Virus record (IMG/VR): IMGVR_UViG_3300023176_005537
Location: 1 to 64,000 of that record
Source: a virus
DNA: 64,000 nt
Reading direction: 5' to 3' (one strand)
This document shows positions 45,294 through 55,065 of the stretch, piece after piece (position 1 is the stretch's first letter; every line of letters begins with the position of its first letter). The notes under the pieces were generated by a model, which did no database searches, had not been told where the DNA came from, and was given only the letters and a program-made list of their open reading frames with translations. Made by a program: the position numbers and the translations under genes.

Positions 45294-47147
45294 ATGAAGA
45301 TCACCAAATCAGATCTAACCAAAATCATCAAAGAAGAGATCTTTGAACTTCTCCTAATGGAAGCAAAAGTTAAAGTTTCTTATGAAGATATAGAAAGTGT
45401 TAAAGCTTTGTACCCTAATGAACAAGATGAGAAGGCTCTTGAAGATCTGTGGAAGAAGTATGAAAAAGCAAAAGAAGACCAAAAAGCTAGAGCTAAAACA
45501 AAAGCTTTGATAGTTTGGCTTAAAACCAACTACATTTCCAAAAAAAGAACAGACCATCCGCCTCATGAGGCTCTTCCTGTGGTGGAAAGATTCATTGGAA
45601 AAATGAATAGTGTTAAACAAAAGTACAAAGACAATCCAGAATTCAAAGAAAAAGTTAACAAACTAACCAAAGGAAAACCACCTCAAATCAATCTTTTTTC
45701 TGCAATTAACATGGAAGGTCTTGAAGATGCCCTTGAGAAAAAAGTCGGGGATATCGAAGGAAACAAAGAGCTAGCTCAAGGTGACAAAATAGGTGAAACT
45801 CAAAACTGGGAAGTTTTCATGCCCACCAGAGTAGATTCCTCTTGTGAGCTTGGCAAAGGAACCACTTGGTGTACTGCTCGAACGAGAGGAGACAACCTTT
45901 TTTACAATTACATATCTCGATCTATTGTTTTGTTTTATGTGATCAAAAAAAATGCCGGCACTCCTCCGGACGAACATCCAAATGATTATCTAAGCTTGGG
46001 TTATAAAGAAGATGGCTCTAAGATAGAGGTATATTCTGATGGTCAAACCAACATCAACTCTGACAACAAAGGAATCGATCCAGAACAATTTGAAGCTATT
46101 GTGGGAGCGGAGGAAAGCAAAGAAGTTTATCAAATCATCGAAAAAATATTTCAAAACTTTGAAGAGCACCCAGCAAAAGAATTGCTCAGAAAAGCAGGTC
46201 AAGACTTGAATACTTTTCATTCCATGTTTACAAGAGGCCAAAGCTTTCAAGTTACCTTCGATATAATTGCAGAGATACGACGACTTGCAAAAAAAGAGAA
46301 AGGGTTGTCCACAGAAGTAGAAAAAGCTATAAATGATAAAATGATTAAAGTGATCAAAAAGGATAATTTGAAAGAAAAATTAAAGTGGACGTGGTTTCGT
46401 AATGTTGATTTTCGAGGGGTTGAACTTAAAGGTATAGATTTTAGCGGAAGAAAGCTTGATCATCCCAACTTTGAAGGGGTCAACCTAGAAGGGATTAATT
46501 TTTCTAGATCACAACTGTCATATGCTAATTTTAAAGGAGCTAAACTTCAAAAGGTTAAATTTAATTTTTGTTCTCTTCCGGATGCCGATTTTGAAGCGGC
46601 AGATCTTCGAGAGGTTGATTTTGAAGAAGCTGACCTTTCTATTGCTAAGTTTGTAAGGGCGAAGCTTCAAGGGGCGAAGCTTCAAGGGGCGAAGCTTTAC
46701 CGTTCAAATTTGAGCGAGGCTGATTTTAGCGGGGCTGATCTTGAAAGGGCATCTGCCCCCCTCGCCAACTTTGAAAAATGTAACCTTGAAAAATGCAACC
46801 TTCGAAAGGCCTTTCTTCTAGAAGCCAAGCTTAAAGGAGCTAACCTTAAAGGGGGCTACCTTGGCAGTGCCAACCTTGAAAAATGCAACCTTGAAAAATG
46901 CAACCTTGAAGGGGCCTATCTCAACAAGGCCAACCTTTGGCAGGCTGATCTTCGAGGGGCCAACCTTGAAGGGGCTAGCCTTAAAGGTGCCTATCTTGTA
47001 GGGGTCAACCTTGAAGGGGTTAACCTTAAAGGAGCCAAATACAACTCTGAAACAACATTTCCAGTAGGATTTGAAGAAAAGTTTACTAAATCAAAATTAT
47101 TTAAAATGATCAAAGAAGAGATTTTAAAAGAAATGAATGACTGGTGA
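45294..47147 (+). CDS. leader-bearing protein with GTxWCT domain and C-terminal pentapeptide repeats
   Basis: MKITKSDLTKIIKEE; long A(N/D/K)Lxx run; leader-like motif repeated at the C-terminus. Confidence 0.85.
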   Translation: MKITKSDLTKIIKEEIFELLLMEAKVKVSYEDIESVKALYPNEQDEKALEDLWKKYEKAKEDQKARAKTKALIVWLKTNYISKKRTDHPPHEALPVVERFIGKMNSVKQKYKDNPEFKEKVNKLTKGKPPQINLFSAINMEGLEDALEKKVGDIEGNKELAQGDKIGETQNWEVFMPTRVDSSCELGKGTTWCTARTRGDNLFYNYISRSIVLFYVIKKNAGTPPDEHPNDYLSLGYKEDGSKIEVYSDGQTNINSDNKGIDPEQFEAIVGAEESKEVYQIIEKIFQNFEEHPAKELLRKAGQDLNTFHSMFTRGQSFQVTFDIIAEIRRLAKKEKGLSTEVEKAINDKMIKVIKKDNLKEKLKWTWFRNVDFRGVELKGIDFSGRKLDHPNFEGVNLEGINFSRSQLSYANFKGAKLQKVKFNFCSLPDADFEAADLREVDFEEADLSIAKFVRAKLQGAKLQGAKLYRSNLSEADFSGADLERASAPLANFEKCNLEKCNLRKAFLLEAKLKGANLKGGYLGSANLEKCNLEKCNLEGAYLNKANLWQADLRGANLEGASLKGAYLVGVNLEGVNLKGAKYNSETTFPVGFEEKFTKSKLFKMIKEEILKEMNDW

Positions 47148-47289
47148 GTGATTGGAACAAATTGGACACCTACCTAACCCCTCATGGCATAAAAGCCTTG
47201 ACAACATCTTGAATCCAAAAAAAAATCCCAAAATTGAAAAAAATGTCCGATCCTTTGACCTATTTATAATAAACAAAAAGGTACCCCTA

Positions 47290-48066
47290 ATGAAAATCAG
47301 CAAATTAATCTTGAAAAGAATCATCAAAGAAGAAATCCTTCGAGAAGCATATGGTCGCGAAGAGTTGACCCAAATCAGACACTTAGCAAGCCCTCCGGGA
47401 AATAAAAGGCTTTCCAACGCCTTGAAAGCATACAGGCTAGTGGCCTCAATAGAAGATGCTAATATGAAAAGTCTGGCACAAGACTATTTCATGAAACACT
47501 TTGGAAAGGACGCTTTTGAAAAGGTAGAGCGCCTTATTAATCATAACCCCGAAAGTAAGGAAATACTTGACTTATCCGGGGTGGACCTTTCTGGGGGGGA
47601 ACTCTCAGGTGTAAACTTGAGCCGCGCAAACTTGAGCGGTGCAAACTTGAGCGGTGCAAACTTGAGCGGTGCATATCTGAGAAGTGCAACCTTGAACGGT
47701 GCAAACTTGAGCGGTGCTAGCCTTACCGGTGCAGACCTTATTAACTGTTTTTTGTTTGAAACTGATCTCACCGGTGCTGATTTGACAAACTCATTCATGA
47801 CAAATGTTAGATTAGATAAGACTAATTTTACAAATGCAAATCTAGCAAATGTTCGCTTGCTCCCATTTGCCTCTGGAGATCTCGCAGGAAGCATTTTTAA
47901 AGGGGCTAAATGGAATTCTAAAACCATGATTAACAATTTTTGGTTCGGCAGCACTTATGTCAGACCACAGGCTGCACGATTCAGGGACGAAAACGAGTTG
48001 GTTCAAACGGACGAAGTAGGTCCAATGGGCGCTCCTGACGATGCGGTTCTTTTGAGCGATCTTTAA
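47290..48066 (+). CDS. leader-bearing pentapeptide repeat protein
   Basis: MKISKLILKRIIKEE; ANLSG repeats. Confidence 0.85.
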   Translation: MKISKLILKRIIKEEILREAYGREELTQIRHLASPPGNKRLSNALKAYRLVASIEDANMKSLAQDYFMKHFGKDAFEKVERLINHNPESKEILDLSGVDLSGGELSGVNLSRANLSGANLSGANLSGAYLRSATLNGANLSGASLTGADLINCFLFETDLTGADLTNSFMTNVRLDKTNFTNANLANVRLLPFASGDLAGSIFKGAKWNSKTMINNFWFGSTYVRPQAARFRDENELVQTDEVGPMGAPDDAVLLSDL

Positions 48067-48086
48067 AATAAAAGGAGAATATATAA

Positions 48087-48698
48087 ATGAAAATCACTAA
48101 ATCAATTTTAACCAAAATCATCAAAGAAGAAATCCTTCGAGAAAGTGGATACATGGAAAGAGAACCCCTCAGCCCACGAGGCTTTCACAACGTTGGGATT
48201 GATGATGATCGCCTTCAGCAAATTCGACTTTTTATGAGCGGAACAAAAATCCACCCCCTCAAAAATCTAACAGATATGGAAAAAGACTATATCCTGAATT
48301 TTCTTGGAGATACTCCGGGAATTCGAAAAAAACTTCAAGACGACAGAGACAAGTTCCCCTTGGGAACCGGTGACGCAATTATTGCAGCTTTTGAAGACTT
48401 TGTTGCAGAGAATGGCTTGAATGAAGACCCCCAGTTCAAAGATGGATTTGAGGACCACGATTATACCACTCATTATTTCGATGCCCATAATCAATTGGTT
48501 CTTGGCACGATCAGGCGCGCTGGTGGCGATTATCTTTATGAACACATTGAAAAGAGTGGTCTCTTGCCTGAATTGGAAGAAAAAATACGCGACTACGTTC
48601 AAAAGTATACCAACCCTAGGAAAAGACCAGCAAAAATTCAAGTCATTCCTTACACCAACTATCAGTGGAATGAAGATAGATACGGAGAAGAGCTTTGA
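48087..48698 (+). CDS. leader-bearing hypothetical protein
   Basis: MKITKSILTKIIKEE. Confidence 0.8.
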   Translation: MKITKSILTKIIKEEILRESGYMEREPLSPRGFHNVGIDDDRLQQIRLFMSGTKIHPLKNLTDMEKDYILNFLGDTPGIRKKLQDDRDKFPLGTGDAIIAAFEDFVAENGLNEDPQFKDGFEDHDYTTHYFDAHNQLVLGTIRRAGGDYLYEHIEKSGLLPELEEKIRDYVQKYTNPRKRPAKIQVIPYTNYQWNEDRYGEEL

Positions 48699-48760
48699 AG
48701 TTCACCAAATCATCACTATTTATAATAACGAAAGAATTTTCATAAAAGGAGAATATATAA

Positions 48761-49261
48761 ATGAAAATTACAAAGAAACTGCTGAAAAAGCTGATCTTGG
48801 AAGCAATGGAAGAAGAGGAGCGTGGATCTGGGGTCGTCGCAAAGCTTAAAGCAAAGCTTGGCGAAATCGCAAATCGTGAAAAGATTAAACCAGAAGATCG
48901 GGAGGACTTTATGGATGAAGCCTTGAAGACCGCAAGAATGATGAAGCCAGAAGCTCAAAAAGATCTTGAAGCGCTTCTTGATGCTGGCGCACTGGAGCAC
49001 TTCGCGGTGGATTGGAATACCCAGCCGCAGGGCCTTGTATATATGGTTGCTTATGCTCACGATCCCGTTGGCGAGGACTACTTCGAAGATATATTGTCAG
49101 CCGAGTATGATGACCCACTTAAGGCATTTGTTAGAGACACTGGAAATCCCGTCGCAGAGAAAATTTTAAACCTAGTCCTCCAACACATCTTGGATCGACA
49201 CGAACAAATAAGAAGAGAAGACGACGAGTATGAAGAAAGGTTGGCTCAGGGTCTCATTTAA
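48761..49261 (+). CDS. leader-bearing hypothetical protein
   Basis: MKITKKLLKKLILEA. Confidence 0.8.
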   Translation: MKITKKLLKKLILEAMEEEERGSGVVAKLKAKLGEIANREKIKPEDREDFMDEALKTARMMKPEAQKDLEALLDAGALEHFAVDWNTQPQGLVYMVAYAHDPVGEDYFEDILSAEYDDPLKAFVRDTGNPVAEKILNLVLQHILDRHEQIRREDDEYEERLAQGLI

Positions 49262-49274
49262 GGAAAATATATAA

Positions 49275-49490
49275 ATGAAAATTACAAAGAAAATTCTGAA
49301 AAGAATGATCTTGGAAGCACTTCAAGAAGAAGTTGTGGAGATGCCCCCATCTTATCTGCAAGCCAGAGAAGTTGAAGAGCCCACCCCACGGGAAGAGTCT
49401 CTGGAAGAAAAACTGGCAAGACTGGAAATGGAAAGGCCGGAAGATTATGCTCTGGTTATGAAAATTCTTATGAGTTTGAGCCCCAACTAG
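49275..49490 (+). CDS. leader-bearing small protein
   Basis: MKITKKILKRMILEA. Confidence 0.8.
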   Translation: MKITKKILKRMILEALQEEVVEMPPSYLQAREVEEPTPREESLEEKLARLEMERPEDYALVMKILMSLSPN

Positions 49491-49591
49491 ATTGCCCTCA
49501 CTTTGTTCAAAAGTGAAAAACCCTTCAAAAAAAAATCCTCAAATTTGAACCTTTTTGATCTATTTATTGTAAGCAAAAAGGACAAATGCAA

Positions 49592-49831
49592 ATGAAAATC
49601 ACAAAAGATCAAATAACTCAAATTCTTTTTGAAGAGATCACAAAATCCGAAGTGAAAAAGATCTCTAAAAAAGAAGCAAAGAAAATCAAAAAAGAGATTG
49701 AAAAAAGCTTTGAAAAAAACCTTCGCTCCAAGATCTCAAAAGAAATCATTGAAGATGTTGTGAAGCAACTCCTCAAAAAGTTCCATCGTGAGCTTTCTGT
49801 TAATTATCCACAATTAATCAATCGTCTTTGA
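49592..49831 (+). CDS. leader-bearing small basic protein
   Basis: MKITKDQITQILFEE. Confidence 0.75.
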   Translation: MKITKDQITQILFEEITKSEVKKISKKEAKKIKKEIEKSFEKNLRSKISKEIIEDVVKQLLKKFHRELSVNYPQLINRL

Positions 49832-49857
49832 TTTATTAAGAAAGGTTTAGATTTAAT

Positions 49858-50820
49858 ATGTTTACTGCTTTTGAAATTGAAAAAAATGTTTTTTCAAACA
49901 TTATTATGGAAGAAATGATTTCTTCCCTTTCTTACTCTGATTCTTGTCGTGTTTTGCAAGAGCAACAAAAGGTTTTCACTCCTGATGTGATTGTTCAAAG
50001 TTTTTTTATTAATTTTCTTGAAGGCCAAGCCGTTAATGTTGATCCTAAAAGAGAAAAAATGAACGCTGCTTTTAAAGGTGTTTTTTCCACTCTTAAAACA
50101 GTTATGGGACAGCACAATGAAAAGGAGAAAGATCCTTTTGAGTTTGCTTTTAACGGAAAAATTGATAAATCCAATCCAGTAGATGACAACGAATATGTTG
50201 AAGCATTTATTTATTTTCTACTCTCGGAGAAGAAAAGCAAAATTGCAAATTGGTTTAAACAAAAAACTCCAAAGTCATACAATTCCGCGCTTCAAGCCTT
50301 CAAAGGTGGAAAAAAACAAGGAGGCGGAGCTTCTTCCAACATTAGCAAACTTTTAATCGATTTAGTAAAACAACTCACTGGTCTTCTTGAAAAAGGAAAT
50401 GAAAGAAACATTTTATTTTTCATAACTCAAAATTTAGAAAATAACAATCTAAAACAAGAAGAAAATAAAAATAAAATATTAACTCAACTTGTAAAAACTG
50501 GTAAAAGTTACAAAAACGACACAAAAGTGGTTCAAGCAATTGAAATCTTAATAGAAATTGTTAAAGGAGAAAAAGACGAAGAAGAGATTAGGAAAATGGC
50601 GGCAAAAACCATCAAACCAGAAGGAGAAGGAAAACCGAGGTTTCAACCTCTAAAACATCCAATATTTAATATTAATAAAAAAACACCAAGGTTTCAACCT
50701 CTAAAACATCCAATGTTTAATATTAATAAAAAAACCTTGTCTGAATCTAAAATCAGAATTTCCAAAAGAAAAGTAAACAAAATACTTTCCGAAGAAGTTG
50801 AAAAACTATTTAATATATAA
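49858..50820 (+). CDS. hypothetical protein with C-terminal leader-like motif and 51-bp tandem duplication
   Basis: IRISKRKVNKILSEE; PRFQPLKHP.FNINKKT x2. Confidence 0.75.
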   Translation: MFTAFEIEKNVFSNIIMEEMISSLSYSDSCRVLQEQQKVFTPDVIVQSFFINFLEGQAVNVDPKREKMNAAFKGVFSTLKTVMGQHNEKEKDPFEFAFNGKIDKSNPVDDNEYVEAFIYFLLSEKKSKIANWFKQKTPKSYNSALQAFKGGKKQGGGASSNISKLLIDLVKQLTGLLEKGNERNILFFITQNLENNNLKQEENKNKILTQLVKTGKSYKNDTKVVQAIEILIEIVKGEKDEEEIRKMAAKTIKPEGEGKPRFQPLKHPIFNINKKTPRFQPLKHPMFNINKKTLSESKIRISKRKVNKILSEEVEKLFNI

Positions 50821-50838
50821 AACAAAAAGGAAATTAAC

Positions 50839-51783
50839 ATGAAAATCTCAAAAAACCAATTAGAACAACTTATTCTAGAAGAACTGCGAGAGCAGCTTCT
50901 AGAGCAAAGCCGACTTGAAAAGATGGCCGGTGCTCTCAAAAAAGGAGCAAAAAGCGTAGGCTCCGCTCTCAAAAAAGGAGCAAAAGCTGCTGGTCAAGAA
51001 CTTGGATTGTCAAACATTGACGTTCAAAAAGCAGCAAAAGATTTTAAAAAAATGATCCAAAGCTCCGGAGGCGATTACTTTAAGGCATTGTCTGATTTTA
51101 TTGGAAAATATGGTGATCCAAAAGACGACAAATTGCAAGGTCTCAGGGTGGAATTTGATAAACTAACTCAAAGAGGATCAGGTACAAAGGCAAAAAACCC
51201 AGTGGCTGCATCTAATCCTCTTAGATTTGGACTTGAGGAAGATTTCAAAAAAGGCAAAATGAGTTTCAATGATTTTCTAGATCTTAGAGGTGAATTGTTC
51301 TTCAAAGTATATAAAGATATTCCTTCGAAGGAAATGGAAAAAAACTTGGTAAAATTAAATGGCGTAATTGATAAATACTACAATGAAAATAGTACGTCAA
51401 TGGCAATCCCAAAAACTTCACAAGAAATTGAAGAAGAACCAAAAAAATCAGAAGAAGTCCCAACACAACTTCAAAGTTTGATAAGAACAACTTTCGAACA
51501 AGACGAATTAGAAGTAATTATGCCCAAAATCAGAAGAAAAGTTAAAACGCTTTCGATCGGTCAAAAGTTACAATTTTTCAACTGGATGGCCAACCAATTT
51601 GGTCTTTATGATGTAATCACAAAAAGACCCTCTGATATTTTAAAAATGGCAAAGAACGCAGTCGGTCTTAGGGAATACAAGATTTCCAACGAAGAGTTGA
51701 GCCATCTAATCCTAGAAGAAGCCATAATGGAAGTCTACTCCTTCTCTATGGGAGAGCGCTCAAGTAACCATTGGCAGCGATAA
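50839..51783 (+). CDS. leader-bearing hypothetical protein
   Basis: MKISKNQLEQLILEE and C-terminal YKISNEELSHLILEE. Confidence 0.8.
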   Translation: MKISKNQLEQLILEELREQLLEQSRLEKMAGALKKGAKSVGSALKKGAKAAGQELGLSNIDVQKAAKDFKKMIQSSGGDYFKALSDFIGKYGDPKDDKLQGLRVEFDKLTQRGSGTKAKNPVAASNPLRFGLEEDFKKGKMSFNDFLDLRGELFFKVYKDIPSKEMEKNLVKLNGVIDKYYNENSTSMAIPKTSQEIEEEPKKSEEVPTQLQSLIRTTFEQDELEVIMPKIRRKVKTLSIGQKLQFFNWMANQFGLYDVITKRPSDILKMAKNAVGLREYKISNEELSHLILEEAIMEVYSFSMGERSSNHWQR

Positions 51784-51836
51784 TATAGACTTGGACTTAG
51801 AAAGTTATCTGAGAAACTACTACAGATAACGAAACC

Positions 51837-52607
51837 TCAAGGACACCACTCGGTTCTTTTAAAAGGGCATTTTGAACAAGAAGTCTTTTTCTTTGGATAA
51901 AATCCTTTATCAATAAAATGAACAGCTTTGCTCAAAGCTTCTTCCGCATTCTTCATCTTCCTATTGCCAGTTGTTATTCTTACAAATTCTACTTGGTCTT
52001 TCTTTGCAGTTCTTTTTAAGAGGGCAAAGAAGCATTCAATCATTTTTGGTTCGACTTTAAGCTTTTCAGCAATGAACTTTTTGTAAAAAACCAACTGATA
52101 GCCTGTGATCTTGTCAGATTTTCTTCTAGCATCCCATCCCCAAGAACATGTTTTCCAATCAATGATGTAATATTTACCAGTTTTTGGATTTTTTAAGATC
52201 AGATCCACAAATCCTTTGAACTTTAAGTTAGAACCTTCAATGTTTTCATAAAGATCCATCTCTGTTTGAACAACTTCGCAGCCTTCAAAGACTTTTTTAA
52301 GTTCTGGAATGCAAATTGGAGCTAATTTTTTGCCTTGTTCCATGAAAACATCCAAATCTTTTTCAACTTTTAGGTCTTCGTCAAGACTTTCCCACTCTTT
52401 TTGAAAGGATTGTGAGAAATTTTGAGCTTCTTCGCCAGTTTTCCACTCATTTAGAAGCGTTTTTTCACAAACTTCGTGGATTGCTGTTCCAAAAGCAGTG
52501 AAAATGTTGCCCGTGAAGCCTTTTTTTCCGTCAATGTATTCGATCTTGAAGCGATGAGGGCACTCATCCCAAATTTTGAACCCTGAAAATGAAATATGCT
52601 GAACCAT
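51837..52607 (-). CDS. Cas4/RecB-like PD-(D/E)xK exonuclease
   Basis: ISFS..CP, GTAIH, E..GFVDL..IIDWKT, QL.FY, C..CP....C; minus-strand TTGACT-17-TATAAT at 52665-52637. Confidence 0.88.
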   Translation of the reverse strand: MVQHISFSGFKIWDECPHRFKIEYIDGKKGFTGNIFTAFGTAIHEVCEKTLLNEWKTGEEAQNFSQSFQKEWESLDEDLKVEKDLDVFMEQGKKLAPICIPELKKVFEGCEVVQTEMDLYENIEGSNLKFKGFVDLILKNPKTGKYYIIDWKTCSWGWDARRKSDKITGYQLVFYKKFIAEKLKVEPKMIECFFALLKRTAKKDQVEFVRITTGNRKMKNAEEALSKAVHFIDKGFYPKKKTSCSKCPFKRTEWCP

Positions 52608-52690
52608 TTTGGTCTCCTTTGTGTTTGTTGACCTCTATTATACTAGTTATCGGTGTCAAAGTCAACCTTTTTCTCGTGGGAGGATAAAAA

Positions 52691-53332
52691 ATGTCTGAAA
52701 AAATCTTCAACCTTACAAGAATCCGATGGAAATTGGAAAACATGATCCTTGATGACATTCCAAACTTTGAGATCGTGTCAAAAACAACTTCTTTTTTGAT
52801 GAAAGTTCTTTCTGTTATTCTTTTTTTCAACAAATCCTTTATGACTTCGTACATTTCTGTGATTTATCCCCGAATGTATGTTCCAAAATTGCCTTGGAAA
52901 GAAAACGATCATTATTCAGCCATTTTGGTGCTTGCTCACGAATGGGTCCATTTAAGCGATAGGAAGCGTTTTGGGCTCCTATTCGACATTGGATACCTTT
53001 TTCCACAATGCCTAGCCTTCTTGAGCCTCCTAGCCCCCTTCTTGAGTGTCTGGTGGCTTCTTTGTTTGCTGTTTCTGCTTCCGATACCTTCTCCGACCCG
53101 TGCTTGGTTGGAGTTTCGTGGTTATTCAATGACAATGGCTTGCAAATGGTGGTTGACTGGTAATGAAATTAACTATTATTGGATTGAAAGGCAATTTGTT
53201 GGTCAATGGTATTACTTTATGTGGCCTTTCAAAGGCATTGTTCGCAAAATGTTCGAAAAACAAATGGAAAAAATCAAAAACGACGACCTTTCGCCGGAAC
53301 AAAGAAAGGTTAAAGAAATCATCTTCTCTTAA
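52691..53332 (+). CDS. membrane-associated HExxH protein
   Basis: HEWVH, hydrophobic hairpin, R..LE.RGY. Confidence 0.65.
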   Translation: MSEKIFNLTRIRWKLENMILDDIPNFEIVSKTTSFLMKVLSVILFFNKSFMTSYISVIYPRMYVPKLPWKENDHYSAILVLAHEWVHLSDRKRFGLLFDIGYLFPQCLAFLSLLAPFLSVWWLLCLLFLLPIPSPTRAWLEFRGYSMTMACKWWLTGNEINYYWIERQFVGQWYYFMWPFKGIVRKMFEKQMEKIKNDDLSPEQRKVKEIIFS

Positions 53333-53373
53333 ACTATTTATTTATGTGATACTATAACATAAAGGTAGTTTAC

Positions 53374-53676
53374 ATGTCAAATAATAAATCAAAAAACCAT
53401 TCAAAGTTTCTTTCTGCCTCGGTGGAGTCGGCAAAAGACATTCTAGGCTTAAAAAATCCTTGGGTTGTCAATGATTTTGAATCTGAAGCTGGAAACACGA
53501 ACATGAATGACGAAGAAATCTATTACATTGCTGTTTTTGTTGCTGATTTGAAAACTTTGAAAGAACAAAGAGCCGTTTTTGATATTATTCATCTAAAATG
53601 TGACGATGATACAGTTGCTCGCTTCAAAACTTTGTTTTCAAACGAAAATTTAAACAAAATTATGTTATCTTGCTAA
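53374..53676 (+). CDS. hypothetical protein
   Basis: CTATTTAT upstream. Confidence 0.7.
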   Translation: MSNNKSKNHSKFLSASVESAKDILGLKNPWVVNDFESEAGNTNMNDEEIYYIAVFVADLKTLKEQRAVFDIIHLKCDDDTVARFKTLFSNENLNKIMLSC

Positions 53677-53690
53677 AAAAGGGAAAATAA

Positions 53691-54716
53691 ATGTCTGATT
53701 TTATGGAAGAATGGAAGTTTTTCTTGGAAAACAAGAAAGATCCTTTGCCAAAGTCTCCTTTTCAAAAGAAAATGTTCAAAAATCATCCAAAAAAGAAGAA
53801 AGATCTTATTGGAAAGGGTGGAAACAAGTACAAGTCCAAACCTTATACCAAAAAGCCTTCAATGAAAAGGTCAAAGTCTGCTCCTCCTATTGGAGAAGCA
53901 AAGATTAAGGTTATTTTGAAAGAGTTTATCTCAATGTTTGATTATTCTTCTTTCAATGTTCGAGATTCTCTCAATCCAGCCTTTTGGGGTGAAAGGGATG
54001 TCCTTAAAGCAGAAGTTGCAAACAAATTGATTCAAATTGGAAGAGACTTTTTTGAAAATAATCTTAAATTTCCAAAAAATGTTGAATTGATCGATATCAA
54101 GTTCACAGGATCTTTGGCAAATTACAACTGGACTGATAATTCTGATATTGATCTTCATCTTGTGATTGACTTCAAGAAAACTGGGGCTGATCCCAAACTG
54201 ATTCGTGATTATGTTAATTCTAAAAAGAACCTTTGGAATGAACAACACGATATTATGATGAAAGGTCACGAAGTTGAAATTTATGTTGAAAATTTAAATG
54301 AAAAGCATTATTCAACCGGTGTTTATTCTCTTTTAAACAACGAGTGGATTGTGAAACCTTCTCCTGCAAAGCCGAACATTGACGACCAACAGATCATGGT
54401 CAAAATCAATGGCTTTCAGCAAAAGCTGGATCATTTAAAAGACCTTTTTGCAAAAGGACAATACAAGTCTTCTTTTATTTACGCAGAAAATTTAATGGAC
54501 AAGTTAAAAAATATGAGAACTGCTGGCCTTGTGAAGGGAGGCGAGTTTTCTGTTGAAAATCTAACTTACAAAGCACTTCGAAAAGTCGGAGTTATTGAAG
54601 AGATCTTTGATCTTAAACACGAAGCATACGACAAGATGATGTCTGTTGATGCATCTGGTAATACACCGGGAGAACACCCCGTAGATCAAGGAACTTTAGT
54701 TTATTCAAACCTATAA
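53691..54716 (+). CDS. Pol-beta superfamily nucleotidyltransferase with WxxF leader
   Basis: TGSLANYNW...SDIDLH; third acidic residue likely in VEIYVE. Confidence 0.75.
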   Translation: MSDFMEEWKFFLENKKDPLPKSPFQKKMFKNHPKKKKDLIGKGGNKYKSKPYTKKPSMKRSKSAPPIGEAKIKVILKEFISMFDYSSFNVRDSLNPAFWGERDVLKAEVANKLIQIGRDFFENNLKFPKNVELIDIKFTGSLANYNWTDNSDIDLHLVIDFKKTGADPKLIRDYVNSKKNLWNEQHDIMMKGHEVEIYVENLNEKHYSTGVYSLLNNEWIVKPSPAKPNIDDQQIMVKINGFQQKLDHLKDLFAKGQYKSSFIYAENLMDKLKNMRTAGLVKGGEFSVENLTYKALRKVGVIEEIFDLKHEAYDKMMSVDASGNTPGEHPVDQGTLVYSNL

Positions 54717-54725
54717 GGCCTTACT

Positions 54726-55034
54726 ATGTTTAATGAAAAACAAATCAAACTCTTTCTTTGGGCAACCATCATCTTTAATCTGATCGATACAGTTGTCTCA
54801 ATTTATGTTATCAAGTTTGGGCATTTAAAAGAATCAAATCCAATAATGGACTTCTTTTTGAAGTTTGATTCAATTATGCCCTTTGTTTTTGCAAAAATGT
54901 TCTTGATCTGTTCTGGATCTTATATTATCTGGAAAAGAAGAGATATGTTGATCGCTCAGTTGGGAGCTTATTTTGTTTTTGGATTTTATTGGGCTTTAAT
55001 TATTCAATTTTACTTTTTTTTAGTTTTAAAATAA
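54726..55034 (+). CDS. small membrane protein (DUF5658-like)
   Basis: N.ID...E.NP.M..F..K pattern; 3 TM. Confidence 0.65.
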   Translation: MFNEKQIKLFLWATIIFNLIDTVVSIYVIKFGHLKESNPIMDFFLKFDSIMPFVFAKMFLICSGSYIIWKRRDMLIAQLGAYFVFGFYWALIIQFYFFLVLK

Positions 55035-55065
55035 CTAATTAAGTTAAATGAAAGGGAGTTTATAT

